DNA from: a virus
Length of the DNA stretch: 64,000 nt
IMG/VR virus record: IMGVR_UViG_3300026488_000018
Location: 1 to 64,000 of that record
Strand: one strand, 5' to 3'
This document shows, one piece after another, positions 38,007 to 47,332 of the stretch. The position numbers and the translations under genes were made by a program. The notes beneath the pieces were generated by a model. It ran no database searches. It saw only the letters and a program-made list of their open reading frames with translations, and had not been told where the DNA came from. Each line of letters starts with the position of its first letter. Within the stretch, counting starts at the first letter, position 1.

Positions 38007-38206
38007 TGGTATTGAACGTTAAAGAGATTGCTGAGCTGGTGGCTCTGGTCAGTGACGATATAGCGGCGCTGGTATTAATAATCGTTGGTTCGTATATTGC
38101 TATTAAGATGGATTATGATAACGGCAGCGCGTTGATTAGTTTGGGTGTTGCGTATTTGTTTGGTAGCCACGTTCCTAAAAAGCCTAAGTCCCGGGGTGAG
38201 AATTAA
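38003..38206 (+). CDS. Small two-TM membrane protein (holin-like architecture)
   Basis: Two hydrophobic helices, YLFG then a basic tail. Confidence 0.55.
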   Translation: MMVLNVKEIAELVALVSDDIAALVLIIVGSYIAIKMDYDNGSALISLGVAYLFGSHVPKKPKSRGEN

Positions 38207-39738
38207 TGGTTGGCAAGTTGAGATTGTATAATGATAATAGGACGAAACTACGCGAACTGTATTATGATGATACTAAAGGTATTGGAATGAGGGATGAGGT
38301 CGGTAATGAGTATGACATTGTTAGGGGGGCTTATGATTACATTATTTATGGCGAAGACATTGATGGCGATGGTATAGTAGATGTTGTCTATGCGAAGAAT
38401 GGACGCACGGGGAAGATTGAATTTGAGGGTGAAACAATATCGTATATATTAGATAAAATTTTCAATGTTAGTGAAAAGATAAACATATTATTGAGAGATG
38501 GCGTTTATGTAGCGGATAGCACTATTAATATATCGAATAAGAATACTGTGCATATTGAGGGTGTAGGTGATGTGAGAATTGAGTGGCGCGGGAGTATGGA
38601 TGATTTAAAGATTGTGAGGGTTGAAGATGTAGATAAATTTATTATTAGAAATATAGTGTTTGCAAATGTTCCACAATGGGGAGTATCGATTGGTCCGGCT
38701 TCAACGAGTAAGGGTAAGTATGCTATAGTTGATGGTGTTAGAGTGTATGGTTCTGGATACTATACATTGGGGACGGCATTGTCAATTTGGAATTATGAGA
38801 ATATTATAGTAAATAATTGTTATGTGTATGGAATGGATGATGTTATACAAATAAAGTCAACATCAAGAAAAATCAGTAATGTTTATATCATTGATAATGT
38901 TTTTGTTGATGGACGAGTAGAAGTTGGATTATCTGAAATTGATATTGATAATGTTTTTGTTGCAAATAATGTATTTGTTTCGGATAGTGAACCAACATAT
39001 TTACGTTTAGAACCGAAGTTAGGGAATGTTGTTGTCAGTTCGAATATATTTGTTGCCGTCAATGAAACACATTCATATGCTGTTAGGGTTGAACGTAACG
39101 GTGTTAATGGAGAAATTTCGAATATTAATATTAGTGGGAATGTAATTGATACATATTATTTGCCAGCGCTGTATATCAATGTTGAAGATGGGATGAGCGT
39201 TGGGACGGTTAAATTTTCTGATAATATTATTAGTGGAGTTGTTGAAACAGGTATGATACATGTAGAGAATTATGGTACGTTTGATACATTAGAAATTGTT
39301 AATAACATTTTTAATTATAGTGATAGTATTTACAACCCAAGTGTAAAGATTTATGGTGATAACCCCATAAGGTTTGTAAAAATTTGTGATAATAAATTCA
39401 AATGCACATCATCATATGTGAATATTTTTGATAGAATAATTAATATACCAGAATTTTTGTTTTTGTGTAGGAATATCGTTGAATCATTTGATGGTGAAAT
39501 ATTTAGGACTGAAAACAGTGGTACTACAACTTTCTCTGGTGATGGTACTACTACTCAGTTTGTAATAGCACATGGTTTAGTCTCGATGCCAAGTAAAGTT
39601 CAAGTCACTCCAATGAGCGCCGATGCGGTAGGTCCGTTTTATGTTACCGCAGATGAAACTAACATTTATGTGAACTATACTACTGCCCCACCAAGCGGAA
39701 CAAACAATATTAAACTAAGCTGGTACGCAGAGGTGTGA
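38206..39738 (+). CDS. Beta-helix spike/adhesin 3
   Basis: DIDGDG + [12 protein letters not shown] module, beta-helix core, C-terminal domain shared with 8252 (...WYAEV). Confidence 0.8.
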   Translation: MVGKLRLYNDNRTKLRELYYDDTKGIGMRDEVGNEYDIVRGAYDYIIYGEDIDGDGIVDVVYAKNGRTGKIEFEGETISYILDKIFNVSEKINILLRDGVYVADSTINISNKNTVHIEGVGDVRIEWRGSMDDLKIVRVEDVDKFIIRNIVFANVPQWGVSIGPASTSKGKYAIVDGVRVYGSGYYTLGTALSIWNYENIIVNNCYVYGMDDVIQIKSTSRKISNVYIIDNVFVDGRVEVGLSEIDIDNVFVANNVFVSDSEPTYLRLEPKLGNVVVSSNIFVAVNETHSYAVRVERNGVNGEISNINISGNVIDTYYLPALYINVEDGMSVGTVKFSDNIISGVVETGMIHVENYGTFDTLEIVNNIFNYSDSIYNPSVKIYGDNPIRFVKICDNKFKCTSSYVNIFDRIINIPEFLFLCRNIVESFDGEIFRTENSGTTTFSGDGTTTQFVIAHGLVSMPSKVQVTPMSADAVGPFYVTADETNIYVNYTTAPPSGTNNIKLSWYAEV

Positions 39739-39905
39739 ATAAGTGGCTATCTATACTAAATTGCGTATTACTTATGATGAGTTGAAGGTTGTATAATTTA
39801 ATTTGAAGTAATGCGGGTGGGTAGTAAAGTTAACCGGGGATGATGATTTTATTGAGGGTGCGTTTTTAACTCTTTTTTATGTATTTTTATCAGGGGTGAT
39901 AGTAA

Positions 39906-40190
39906 ATGAGTTATATTCCATTGAAGAGGGTTTTGGATGTTCTTAATTTGTTTAAGTTTGATAAGGAGAGTTATGTAAAAACAAGCGTTAGGCCGAAATT
40001 GGAGGTTCATGATGAGGAAATTGCAAGTGATGAGGTTTTGGCTGTTGCAAGCGGAGACGAGGTGGCGTTTAATAATTTGAAGGTTGATGGACGCATGATT
40101 GTAAAAGGCGCAGTGGATGTTGTCGGTGACATAGAGATAACCGGAACACTGGACATAATCGACGACGGTATTGTTAATGTCGGTTTGTGA
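39906..40190 (+). CDS. Small beta-solenoid (bactofilin-like) protein, paralogue of 2591
   Basis: LKVDGRMIVKGAVDVVGDIEITGTL repeats; promoter consensus 39863-39885. Confidence 0.55.
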   Translation: MSYIPLKRVLDVLNLFKFDKESYVKTSVRPKLEVHDEEIASDEVLAVASGDEVAFNNLKVDGRMIVKGAVDVVGDIEITGTLDIIDDGIVNVGL

Positions 40191-41616
40191 GGTGATTGCT
40201 GTGAGTGAGTTGAGATTTATCGGCGAAAGTGGAACGATTCAGAAAAAGTTTGTGCTAGATGAGGTTAACAATCAGCTTAAGATGGTTGATATCCCGAGCG
40301 GAAAGGAGGTTTATTTGAACCAACCAGTGAATGTGTATGATTACATAATTTTTGGCGAGGATACAAACGGCGATGGCATCGTGGATATTATCTATGCTAA
40401 GAATGGCAAAACAGGAGAGATTGAATTCGAGAGTGGTAACGCGAGAGAAGTTGTGCAGTATGCGTTGGATAATGGGAGAAATGTGTATGTTGCTAATGGA
40501 AAATATTATATTGATTCAACAATAAAGATGTTATCTGATAGAGTTTTAGTGTTCGAGAGTAGAGATGCAAAATTTTATACGGATAGTGCAATTACTATGG
40601 TTGAAATAAGTAGTGTTGGGTATGACCCAGATATTGGCATATATTCAACAAAGGGTATTTTTGGTGGAACTCTAGATGGTGGAGGAGTTGCAAATCTTGT
40701 AAAGATTGTTGACGTAGAGGAGGCGATAATAAGAGGAACCGCAATGATTAATTTTGTTGATGGTATTGAAATAACAGCTCAAGATTATTGGAGTGAATGG
40801 ACAAAGATAGAGGATGTGATATTTAGGAACTATTCTGGTTGGGCAATAAAATATACGCCTACGTCAGGGAGTGGAACAGACAGTAGGGGTGATTCATATC
40901 TAGCAAGAATTAGAGCAGACCCTCTGGGAGGTGGAGGAGGGTTAATAAAGGTGGAGACAGGTGTAAACGCAGGAAGCATGGTGGCAGTAGATTTGGTCTT
41001 TTTTAATAGAGGACAGTATATGATATATAGCGATGGGAGATTAGATGAAAGTGTTTTTATAAAAGTGCGGATGGAAGACCATTCTCCTAGCGGTAAAGAG
41101 TTGCTGTATTTTGATAATAATCATATTGGATATGTGGAAATGATTTCAGTTGGTATTGGTCCGATGTTGCTTGGTAATTTTACTGATTATTTTGTATGTA
41201 ACCAAGGTGGTGTTGAGATAATTAATAGAGATACTCAATATATCATTGGCGTTGGTAGATACAAATATATTGTAGGAGCACAAGGAGATACGAGAATAAC
41301 ATTTGCTGGAAATGCTAACATGACCTCAGGTAACTGGGTGTTTGATGTTAGGGATGATATAGTGAGTAATAAGTCGTTATTCCACATTACTCACGGCGGA
41401 GCTGTATATCTTGGTGCACAAGATTATTCAGATACAGTAGTAATGAATAGGTTGAGGTTTGCGAGCACAACACGACCACATTTTAATATCGTAGCAAGAA
41501 ATACTCCCCCGAGTAATCCCGCGGTTGGAGATATATACTTAGATGATGGAACAAATACAGCAGATGGTAAGCCTCATTTTAGGTATTGGGATGGAACACA
41601 ATGGGTGGACTTGTGA
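40171..41616 (+). CDS. Beta-helix spike/adhesin 4 (likely GTG start 40201)
   Basis: DTNGDG + YAKNGKTGEIEF module; C-terminal PSNPAVGDIYLD...YWDGTQW fibre motif. Confidence 0.8.
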   Translation: MLMSVCEVIAVSELRFIGESGTIQKKFVLDEVNNQLKMVDIPSGKEVYLNQPVNVYDYIIFGEDTNGDGIVDIIYAKNGKTGEIEFESGNAREVVQYALDNGRNVYVANGKYYIDSTIKMLSDRVLVFESRDAKFYTDSAITMVEISSVGYDPDIGIYSTKGIFGGTLDGGGVANLVKIVDVEEAIIRGTAMINFVDGIEITAQDYWSEWTKIEDVIFRNYSGWAIKYTPTSGSGTDSRGDSYLARIRADPLGGGGGLIKVETGVNAGSMVAVDLVFFNRGQYMIYSDGRLDESVFIKVRMEDHSPSGKELLYFDNNHIGYVEMISVGIGPMLLGNFTDYFVCNQGGVEIINRDTQYIIGVGRYKYIVGAQGDTRITFAGNANMTSGNWVFDVRDDIVSNKSLFHITHGGAVYLGAQDYSDTVVMNRLRFASTTRPHFNIVARNTPPSNPAVGDIYLDDGTNTADGKPHFRYWDGTQWVDL

Positions 41617-41771
41617 GGTAATGGTATATGGTATTGGGTTGGATGAAGAGTACTAATGATGACAATCTAATCTTTCCTATTTATATTGGTTTTACAGTCT
41701 AGGCTATTTTTTCTTCATATTTAAATGAATGTGGTGAAATTTAAATGGTAGGTTTCACGGGGTGATTGTAT

Positions 41772-42305
41772 ATGCCTGAGGAAGAGAAGGTTGAGGTTAT
41801 GCCCACCGAGGAGGAGCAGACTCTGCCTGTTGAGGATAATAAGGTTGAAACTAAGACTGATAATGAGATTGAGGAGATTCTTGAGAAGATTCAGGATATA
41901 GTTGCTGAGCTTGCTGACCTTGTTGCACAGGCAACTCAGCTTCAGGCCAGTGATGTTAACATTAGCGAGGAAATCGAGGAGAGCCTGAAGGGTATTGTCA
42001 GAGCGGAGCTTAATGCGTTTAAGGATGAGATTGTTAAGGCTGTTAAGGAAGAGCTCATTTCGCTCGGTATTCCTGAGAGTTATAGTGAGCTTAAGAGGAA
42101 GGATGAGGAGAAGGCTCCGGAGGGAACTGATAAGGTCGAGGTTAGTGAGAAGGAGCTTGGTAAGCTTGAGCCGGAAGTTCTTAAGGCTGCGCCGAAGAAT
42201 GTTACCGGCGGGGAGGATGAGCTTTCTGTTAGAATGATGATTGTTGAGAAGATTATGAAGGGTGAGATTAAGAACCCGTTTGAGGCTTACAAGTATATAA
42301 GGTGA
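41772..42305 (+). CDS. Capsid scaffold protein
   Basis: Acidic coiled-coil immediately upstream of MCP; codon bias like MCP. Confidence 0.7.
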   Translation: MPEEEKVEVMPTEEEQTLPVEDNKVETKTDNEIEEILEKIQDIVAELADLVAQATQLQASDVNISEEIEESLKGIVRAELNAFKDEIVKAVKEELISLGIPESYSELKRKDEEKAPEGTDKVEVSEKELGKLEPEVLKAAPKNVTGGEDELSVRMMIVEKIMKGEIKNPFEAYKYIR

Positions 42306-42310
42306 TTTAA

Positions 42311-43486
42311 ATGGTGTGGAGTGTTATTTCTGAAAAGGAGATAGCTGCGTTTTATGCTGGTGGAGATAGTATATTTAACGGGGCGTTCGATATTGCTAAA
42401 GCCGATGGTACCGTTAATTCTGAGCTTATTCCTAATTATCGTAACATAGTTTATGGTCCGCGCATTTGGAGAGCTCTTAACGTTGAGAGTAATGCGTTTG
42501 GTATTCTTCCTAAGACGACTTGGCCGAGCTCTGGTTGGCGTGTGAAGACTGATTTTGCTTACCAGAGCAGTGAGATTGCTATTGGTGAGACTGACAGCTT
42601 TGGTACTCCGAAGTATCCGCCGATACAGGTTGTTAGGGCGCAGCCAAAGATAGCGCTTGTTACGTTCGAGATTAGCGATGTCATGGAGGCGCTTGCTGAG
42701 GTTTCGCAGGATGACGTTGTTGGTACCGCGGAGCAGCTTCGTGTCGATATGGGTACTGAGTTTGTTAAGATGGTTAATAGGGAGCTTCTTAGGAAGGTTA
42801 TTGGTAGCGCCACTGATGGAAGTGATTCTGAGGGTTCTGAGCCTGCAACGAGGTTTACTTCGCTTGATAGGGCTGTCGCGAGCCATGCGGAGGCACAGGC
42901 TTTTGGTTCCCCGGAGAGTGCGACTGTTTACGGTATTGACAGAGCGAGCGCTCCTTGGATGGATTCAGTTGTTAAGTTCGACACGAATGGTCTCGAACTT
43001 ACGGATGAGCTGATAAGGCAGACTCTCGCTGAGGTTAAGAAGAATGGTGCTAACACTAATGTTATACTCACCGGTTACGATACTTATGCGAAGCTCCTCG
43101 GTATTTACATGAACTTTGTTAGGTATCTACCGGCTATGACTGAGACGCAGGTTCAGTTCGGTGTTAACGGTATTCAGACTGCGAAGGGTATTGACGCGGG
43201 TGTGAAAGTTGCTGCCCTTTATGGAATTCCAGTGATACAGTCTGTTGATGTTCCAAGTGATGGTAACGGTTATCTGCAGAGGATGTATATGCTTGACCTT
43301 ACTGACCCCGAGGGATATGGAATACCGCGCGGAAGTTTCTCAATACTTAGGCCGCCGAGCTATCTTGAGAGCAACAACTTCGTCCTGATGCAGAAGGTTG
43401 TAAGGCGTGGAGCGTACTATATGGCGGGTGAGCTGACTATAAGGCTGCCGCGCATGAACGCGAAGATAAGGTCAATCCTCGAGTGA
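42311..43486 (+). CDS. Major capsid protein (HK97 fold)
   Basis: YG..W..LN.E.NAFGILPK..W..SGWRV N-terminal motif, TSLDR, ILTGYDT, LYGIPVI; strong codon bias. Confidence 0.85.
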   Translation: MVWSVISEKEIAAFYAGGDSIFNGAFDIAKADGTVNSELIPNYRNIVYGPRIWRALNVESNAFGILPKTTWPSSGWRVKTDFAYQSSEIAIGETDSFGTPKYPPIQVVRAQPKIALVTFEISDVMEALAEVSQDDVVGTAEQLRVDMGTEFVKMVNRELLRKVIGSATDGSDSEGSEPATRFTSLDRAVASHAEAQAFGSPESATVYGIDRASAPWMDSVVKFDTNGLELTDELIRQTLAEVKKNGANTNVILTGYDTYAKLLGIYMNFVRYLPAMTETQVQFGVNGIQTAKGIDAGVKVAALYGIPVIQSVDVPSDGNGYLQRMYMLDLTDPEGYGIPRGSFSILRPPSYLESNNFVLMQKVVRRGAYYMAGELTIRLPRMNAKIRSILE

Positions 43487-43525
43487 TTTCGTGTTTTCTC
43501 ACTATTTATTTTTCTTGAATTTTGT
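43487..43525 (+). terminator. T-rich archaeal-type terminator after MCP
   Basis: TTTTCTC...TTTATTTTTCTT run directly after stop. Confidence 0.45.
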
Positions 43526-43667
43526 GGATTTTAGTTCTGTTTTTGAGTGATACGTTTTAGAAAAGCTTCGGTGAATTTATAGTAAATTACGCGACAGTGT
43601 TGGCTGTTTATATGTAAAACAGAAAATGATTTTTGATGACTTCGCAGCAGATTATTCACAGCGTTGC

Positions 43668-43690
43668 TTTTTAAATCTTTTTGCGGTATT
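43668..43690 (+). promoter_or_regulatory. Viral promoter consensus
   Basis: TTTTTAAA-N10-GTATT. Confidence 0.7.
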
Positions 43691-43707
43691 ATTATTGGTG
43701 AGGAGGA

Positions 43708-44472
43708 GTGAGATTTGATGTTCCGTATGATAAGCTTTATGTGACTCCTGATGAGATTAGGGCTTGGCTTGGTCTGGAGGATGAGGAAAAACTTAGTGAT
43801 GAAATTCTGGTTGATTTAATAATGGAAAAGATGGAATATGTCGACAATATTACCGATACAACTTGGAATGGCCGTATTAGAAAGGCAAGGGAGATTCATG
43901 ATATTGGTAAATGGAAGGGTGGTTTCTGGTGGGGCGCTGGTGTTGAGATTCCATTAGCAAAGAGGTTTATTCGCGCGTTTGAGAAGATTAACGTGTTGTG
44001 GACAACAATTTGGGAGAACTTTGTTGTTACGCGCCGCGAGGGTCGCAATATCGGTGACTGGTGGGCTGATTACGATAACGGGGTATTGTATTTAAAGGCT
44101 TGGGTGATTTATCAGGGTGGTCGTGAGGTTGTTGTTGAGTACTATTATGGTTCAGATAGACTTCCGTTTGAGATAAGGGAGTTGACTAAGCTTTTGGTTA
44201 TTCGCGATTTGATTTGGCGTGATTTCTTTGCGTTTGCGATTCCAGACGGAGCAAACGCTTCTCTTAGATATAGGGAACTTTTGGACCAAATTAATGACCG
44301 TATTTTGTATCTTGAGGAGTTGTATAGAAGTGTTAAACCCGCACAGGTGGTTGTCAAAGAATTAGGTGAATTTAGTGAGTTACCGGATATTCCCAAGTGT
44401 TGCGGTATGGATGCGGAGGAAGAAGGTTCAGGTGGTGAGTCTGGTGTAAACACTTCATACGGAGGGTGGTAA
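43708..44472 (+). CDS. Head-tail adaptor protein
   Basis: YVTPDEI, VD..T..TW, DYDNGVLY, VEYYYG...P.EI..LT motifs; follows MCP. Confidence 0.75.
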   Translation: MRFDVPYDKLYVTPDEIRAWLGLEDEEKLSDEILVDLIMEKMEYVDNITDTTWNGRIRKAREIHDIGKWKGGFWWGAGVEIPLAKRFIRAFEKINVLWTTIWENFVVTRREGRNIGDWWADYDNGVLYLKAWVIYQGGREVVVEYYYGSDRLPFEIRELTKLLVIRDLIWRDFFAFAIPDGANASLRYRELLDQINDRILYLEELYRSVKPAQVVVKELGEFSELPDIPKCCGMDAEEEGSGGESGVNTSYGGW

Positions 44473-44473
44473 A

Positions 44474-44824
44474 ATGAAAAAAGATTTGGTTATTATTCCT
44501 CCGGGGGCAAAAAAGGCGGGTAACGTTATAATCGAGATGAAGAGGAGTTTGGGTGATTTTAATTATATTTTGGTGGACTATAATATAGACGATTTTTCGG
44601 ATGAAAATAAGGTTAGAAGGGGAATTAAAGTTCTCAGAAAAAAGATATTAGGCGAAATATTTAAGAATCCCCCTCGAAGAATCATATTATACGCGAGCGG
44701 TTCATGCTGGTACATTGCAGTGATTGCGACGGTATTGTCTAATGCAGGTATTGATTATGAAATTTGGACGTTTGAGCGGAAGGTGGATAAACCAGTTAAG
44801 ACGGTGGAGGCGAAAGATATTTAA
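44474..44824 (+). CDS. Small alpha/beta hypothetical protein
   Basis: ORF track; SD GGAGGGTGG. Confidence 0.6.
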   Translation: MKKDLVIIPPGAKKAGNVIIEMKRSLGDFNYILVDYNIDDFSDENKVRRGIKVLRKKILGEIFKNPPRRIILYASGSCWYIAVIATVLSNAGIDYEIWTFERKVDKPVKTVEAKDI

Positions 44825-44841
44825 ACTAACTTCGCGGTATT
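44820..44841 (+). promoter_or_regulatory. Viral promoter consensus upstream of the replication operon
   Basis: TTTAAA-N11-GTATT then SD GGAGGTG. Confidence 0.65.
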
Positions 44842-44861
44842 GTTTTTGGAGGTGTTAGGTT

Positions 44862-45110
44862 ATGTATAATGAAGATAGTGCGTTTGCTCAGTTTTTAAGT
44901 GAGTTGGGTGTGCAAGTTTCGATGGTTGCGCGGTATGGCGGGGTATTGATTATTTACCCAACTGATACAGACGTGAAGATTTTGTATATTAGAGACGAAA
45001 AGGATTTAAATAAGGCGGTGAGTAAAATTAAAGCAGAAGTTGTTTGGCTTGATGAGGATAAGCTCAGGAGGGAGATGTTGAATGCCAAGGATTTTGAAGG
45101 AGATATTTAG
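44862..45110 (+). CDS. Hypothetical protein
   Basis: ORF after promoter and SD. Confidence 0.6.
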   Translation: MYNEDSAFAQFLSELGVQVSMVARYGGVLIIYPTDTDVKILYIRDEKDLNKAVSKIKAEVVWLDEDKLRREMLNAKDFEGDI

Positions 45111-45181
45111 CCCCAAGCACGGCGTATCATTTTTTCGAGGTAGAGGGTCGGAATGGTTGGTATATCGTTGAATGGGACATT

Positions 45182-46246
45182 TTGAATGATTTTTGGTGGT
45201 GTTCTTGCCCTGGGTATATGTACAGAAAGAAATGTTCGCATATTGATTATGTTAAGGGGGAGGTTGATATGGTTATAAAGTTAAGTGAGATTCTTAAGGG
45301 TAGTAGTATTAGGGAGTTTGATAGTCCGATTAAGGCGTTGAATGAAATATTTGGCGGCGCACCGTTTACAGATTCAGCGATTTTTGGTATTGTTGCGGCA
45401 TATAAGGCGGGTAAAACCCTGATGAGCATTGAACATGCTTTTTATTTTGCGAATAAGGGGTATAATGTTTTATACATTGATACAGAGGGGTCAAGCAAGA
45501 CGATGTTTAAAAAGTGGGCACCAGTATTTATGGAGAAGTACGGTTTGAGCGAGGAAGAAGTTGATAGAATTGTAATTGAAGATGTTAGGTCATTGAAGCA
45601 CTTGATGAACTATCTCGGGTATCGCATTCAAATTTATGTTAAGAAATCAAGTGGTAAAAAGAAAGGCGATATTGATGAAGATGTTGAGCCATTTGTGACG
45701 AATAAGAAGGGCGATGGTAAGACCGAGGTTAATCTTGAGCGCGTTGATGATAGAGGCCGTATTTGGTATGATGTTAAGAATTACAATATTGATTTCATTA
45801 TTCTCGATAGCATGAGTAATCCATTTAGACCAGTATTTGGAAATAGACAGCAGGATAATCCGACGAAGTCGCAGATTGAGGCGGCGATTATTCAGAAGTT
45901 AATTGAACTGCAGGAGGAATTTAATGTTGGTGTTATTGTTACGCTACAGGCGAGTTGGAATCCGGCTGATAGTTATGCGAGTATTACCCAGACGAGAGCA
46001 AGAGGTGGGTTTAGTGTGTATTACAACATAAAGAGAATGGTTTTTATGAATGCGCGTGATGCATCTGGATTTAGAAGTTACAGAAAGATTTGGCTCGTTC
46101 GCAGTGAAGACGCTGAACCGTGGAGTAAGGTAGGTGTTGTTAAGATTACAGACATGGGTTATGTGGATGTTCCGGTCAGTGAGTGGAAGGATGTGTTTAC
46201 ACCATCGGAGCTCAAATTAATTGATATCGACTTTGAGGGGGAGTGA
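45182..46246 (+). CDS. RadA/RecA-family ATPase with in-frame N-terminal SWIM zinc finger
   Basis: CSCPG...CSH SWIM; Walker A AAYKAGKT, YIDTEG, Walker B IILDS; second SD+ATG at 45269. Confidence 0.8.
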   Translation: MNDFWWCSCPGYMYRKKCSHIDYVKGEVDMVIKLSEILKGSSIREFDSPIKALNEIFGGAPFTDSAIFGIVAAYKAGKTLMSIEHAFYFANKGYNVLYIDTEGSSKTMFKKWAPVFMEKYGLSEEEVDRIVIEDVRSLKHLMNYLGYRIQIYVKKSSGKKKGDIDEDVEPFVTNKKGDGKTEVNLERVDDRGRIWYDVKNYNIDFIILDSMSNPFRPVFGNRQQDNPTKSQIEAAIIQKLIELQEEFNVGVIVTLQASWNPADSYASITQTRARGGFSVYYNIKRMVFMNARDASGFRSYRKIWLVRSEDAEPWSKVGVVKITDMGYVDVPVSEWKDVFTPSELKLIDIDFEGE

Positions 46247-46249
46247 TGT

Positions 46250-47332
46250 GTGGATGATGAGGTTATCACAAGAGAACTTTTCTTGTGGATGCGCGCTCAT
46301 CACGGTTTTCCAATTTTTCCCCGCGAGGTAGGACGAAAGATAAACAATCAAGTACCACGATGGGTTGCAGATGAGCTTGATTTCTGGGAGTTTTGGGAGA
46401 GGTGGAATGTTGATAAATATGCGAATATTTTTAGCCAGAGACAGAAGACTATAAGGCTATATGATACAATTTTGTTCGATATAGATTATCACAATGGCGG
46501 GGGGTTCCAAGAAATAGAGAAAGCTTATGAGTATTATGTGAAAGTTCACGACATGCTGAGAGATGCCGGTATTGTTTCTACGAGGGTGTATTTTACAGGA
46601 AGGGGGTTTCATGTTTATGTAGATTTTCCACCAACGAGGTTGGAGTTTTATCCAAAGGTGATAGATGAGTGGGTATTGTCAACTATCGGTGAAGAAATTT
46701 TAAAGTTTGTTGACGTTAGAGTGTTAGGTGATAGAAATAGAATGGCAAGACTTCCATTTAGTGTGAATAGTTCAACAGGAATGATGATGCTAAGGATTGA
46801 TGATTTATGGGATTTGGATACTATTATAGACAAGAATTTGGAGTTGTATGTTCCGCGGGTAAAGGATTTTGATAATGATTGGTTAGGCGAAGAATTGAAG
46901 GATATTGATGAGAAGATAGGCGAAAAGTTTAAAAATGTAAGAAGAGATAATGTTGTTAGATTGGAGGATTTGAAATTAGATAAATTGGATGATTTGCCCC
47001 CGTGCATTAGAGAGGGTATTGAACGTTTAGCTGCAACAGGAGAATTAGAGTCGACGTGGCGAATGCATATTGCAACATTTTTGATGCGTGTTTGGGGCGT
47101 CGAGAGAACGGTTGATGTTTTTAGACTGGCAGATGATTTTAATGAGGCAAAAACAAGGTATTTCATCAATTATTTTATGGAACACGATTATTATCCACTG
47201 AGTTGCAAAAAAGCCAGGGCACTGGGTATTTGTAATACGAAGAAGTGTGTATTTGAGGATTTAACTGGAGGATGGTTAGGGGCGTTACTTATTGGAGGGG
47301 ATAATGATGAAAAAGATAACAACGAACGGTGA
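46250..47332 (+). CDS. Archaeo-eukaryotic primase, PriS fused to PriL-like Fe-S domain
   Basis: FDID, FTGRGFHVY, D...RMARLP; C-terminal LPPCI...YPLSC...GIC...C. Confidence 0.85.
   Translation: MDDEVITRELFLWMRAHHGFPIFPREVGRKINNQVPRWVADELDFWEFWERWNVDKYANIFSQRQKTIRLYDTILFDIDYHNGGGFQEIEKAYEYYVKVHDMLRDAGIVSTRVYFTGRGFHVYVDFPPTRLEFYPKVIDEWVLSTIGEEILKFVDVRVLGDRNRMARLPFSVNSSTGMMMLRIDDLWDLDTIIDKNLELYVPRVKDFDNDWLGEELKDIDEKIGEKFKNVRRDNVVRLEDLKLDKLDDLPPCIREGIERLAATGELESTWRMHIATFLMRVWGVERTVDVFRLADDFNEAKTRYFINYFMEHDYYPLSCKKARALGICNTKKCVFEDLTGGWLGALLIGGDNDEKDNNER

Noticed and set aside
8252-41616. Diversity-generating retroelement acting on spike genes
   Set aside because: No reverse transcriptase and no near-identical TR/VR pair with adenine-specific differences; similarity is ordinary paralogy
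42311-43486. Cellular encapsulin operon (HK97 shell plus ferritin-like cargo)
   Set aside because: Portal, protease, scaffold, adaptor, tail and TerL show it is a virion capsid
43487-43707. Possible ncRNA or origin in the post-MCP intergenic region
   Set aside because: AT-rich with no convincing stem-loop or iterons; explained by terminator plus promoter
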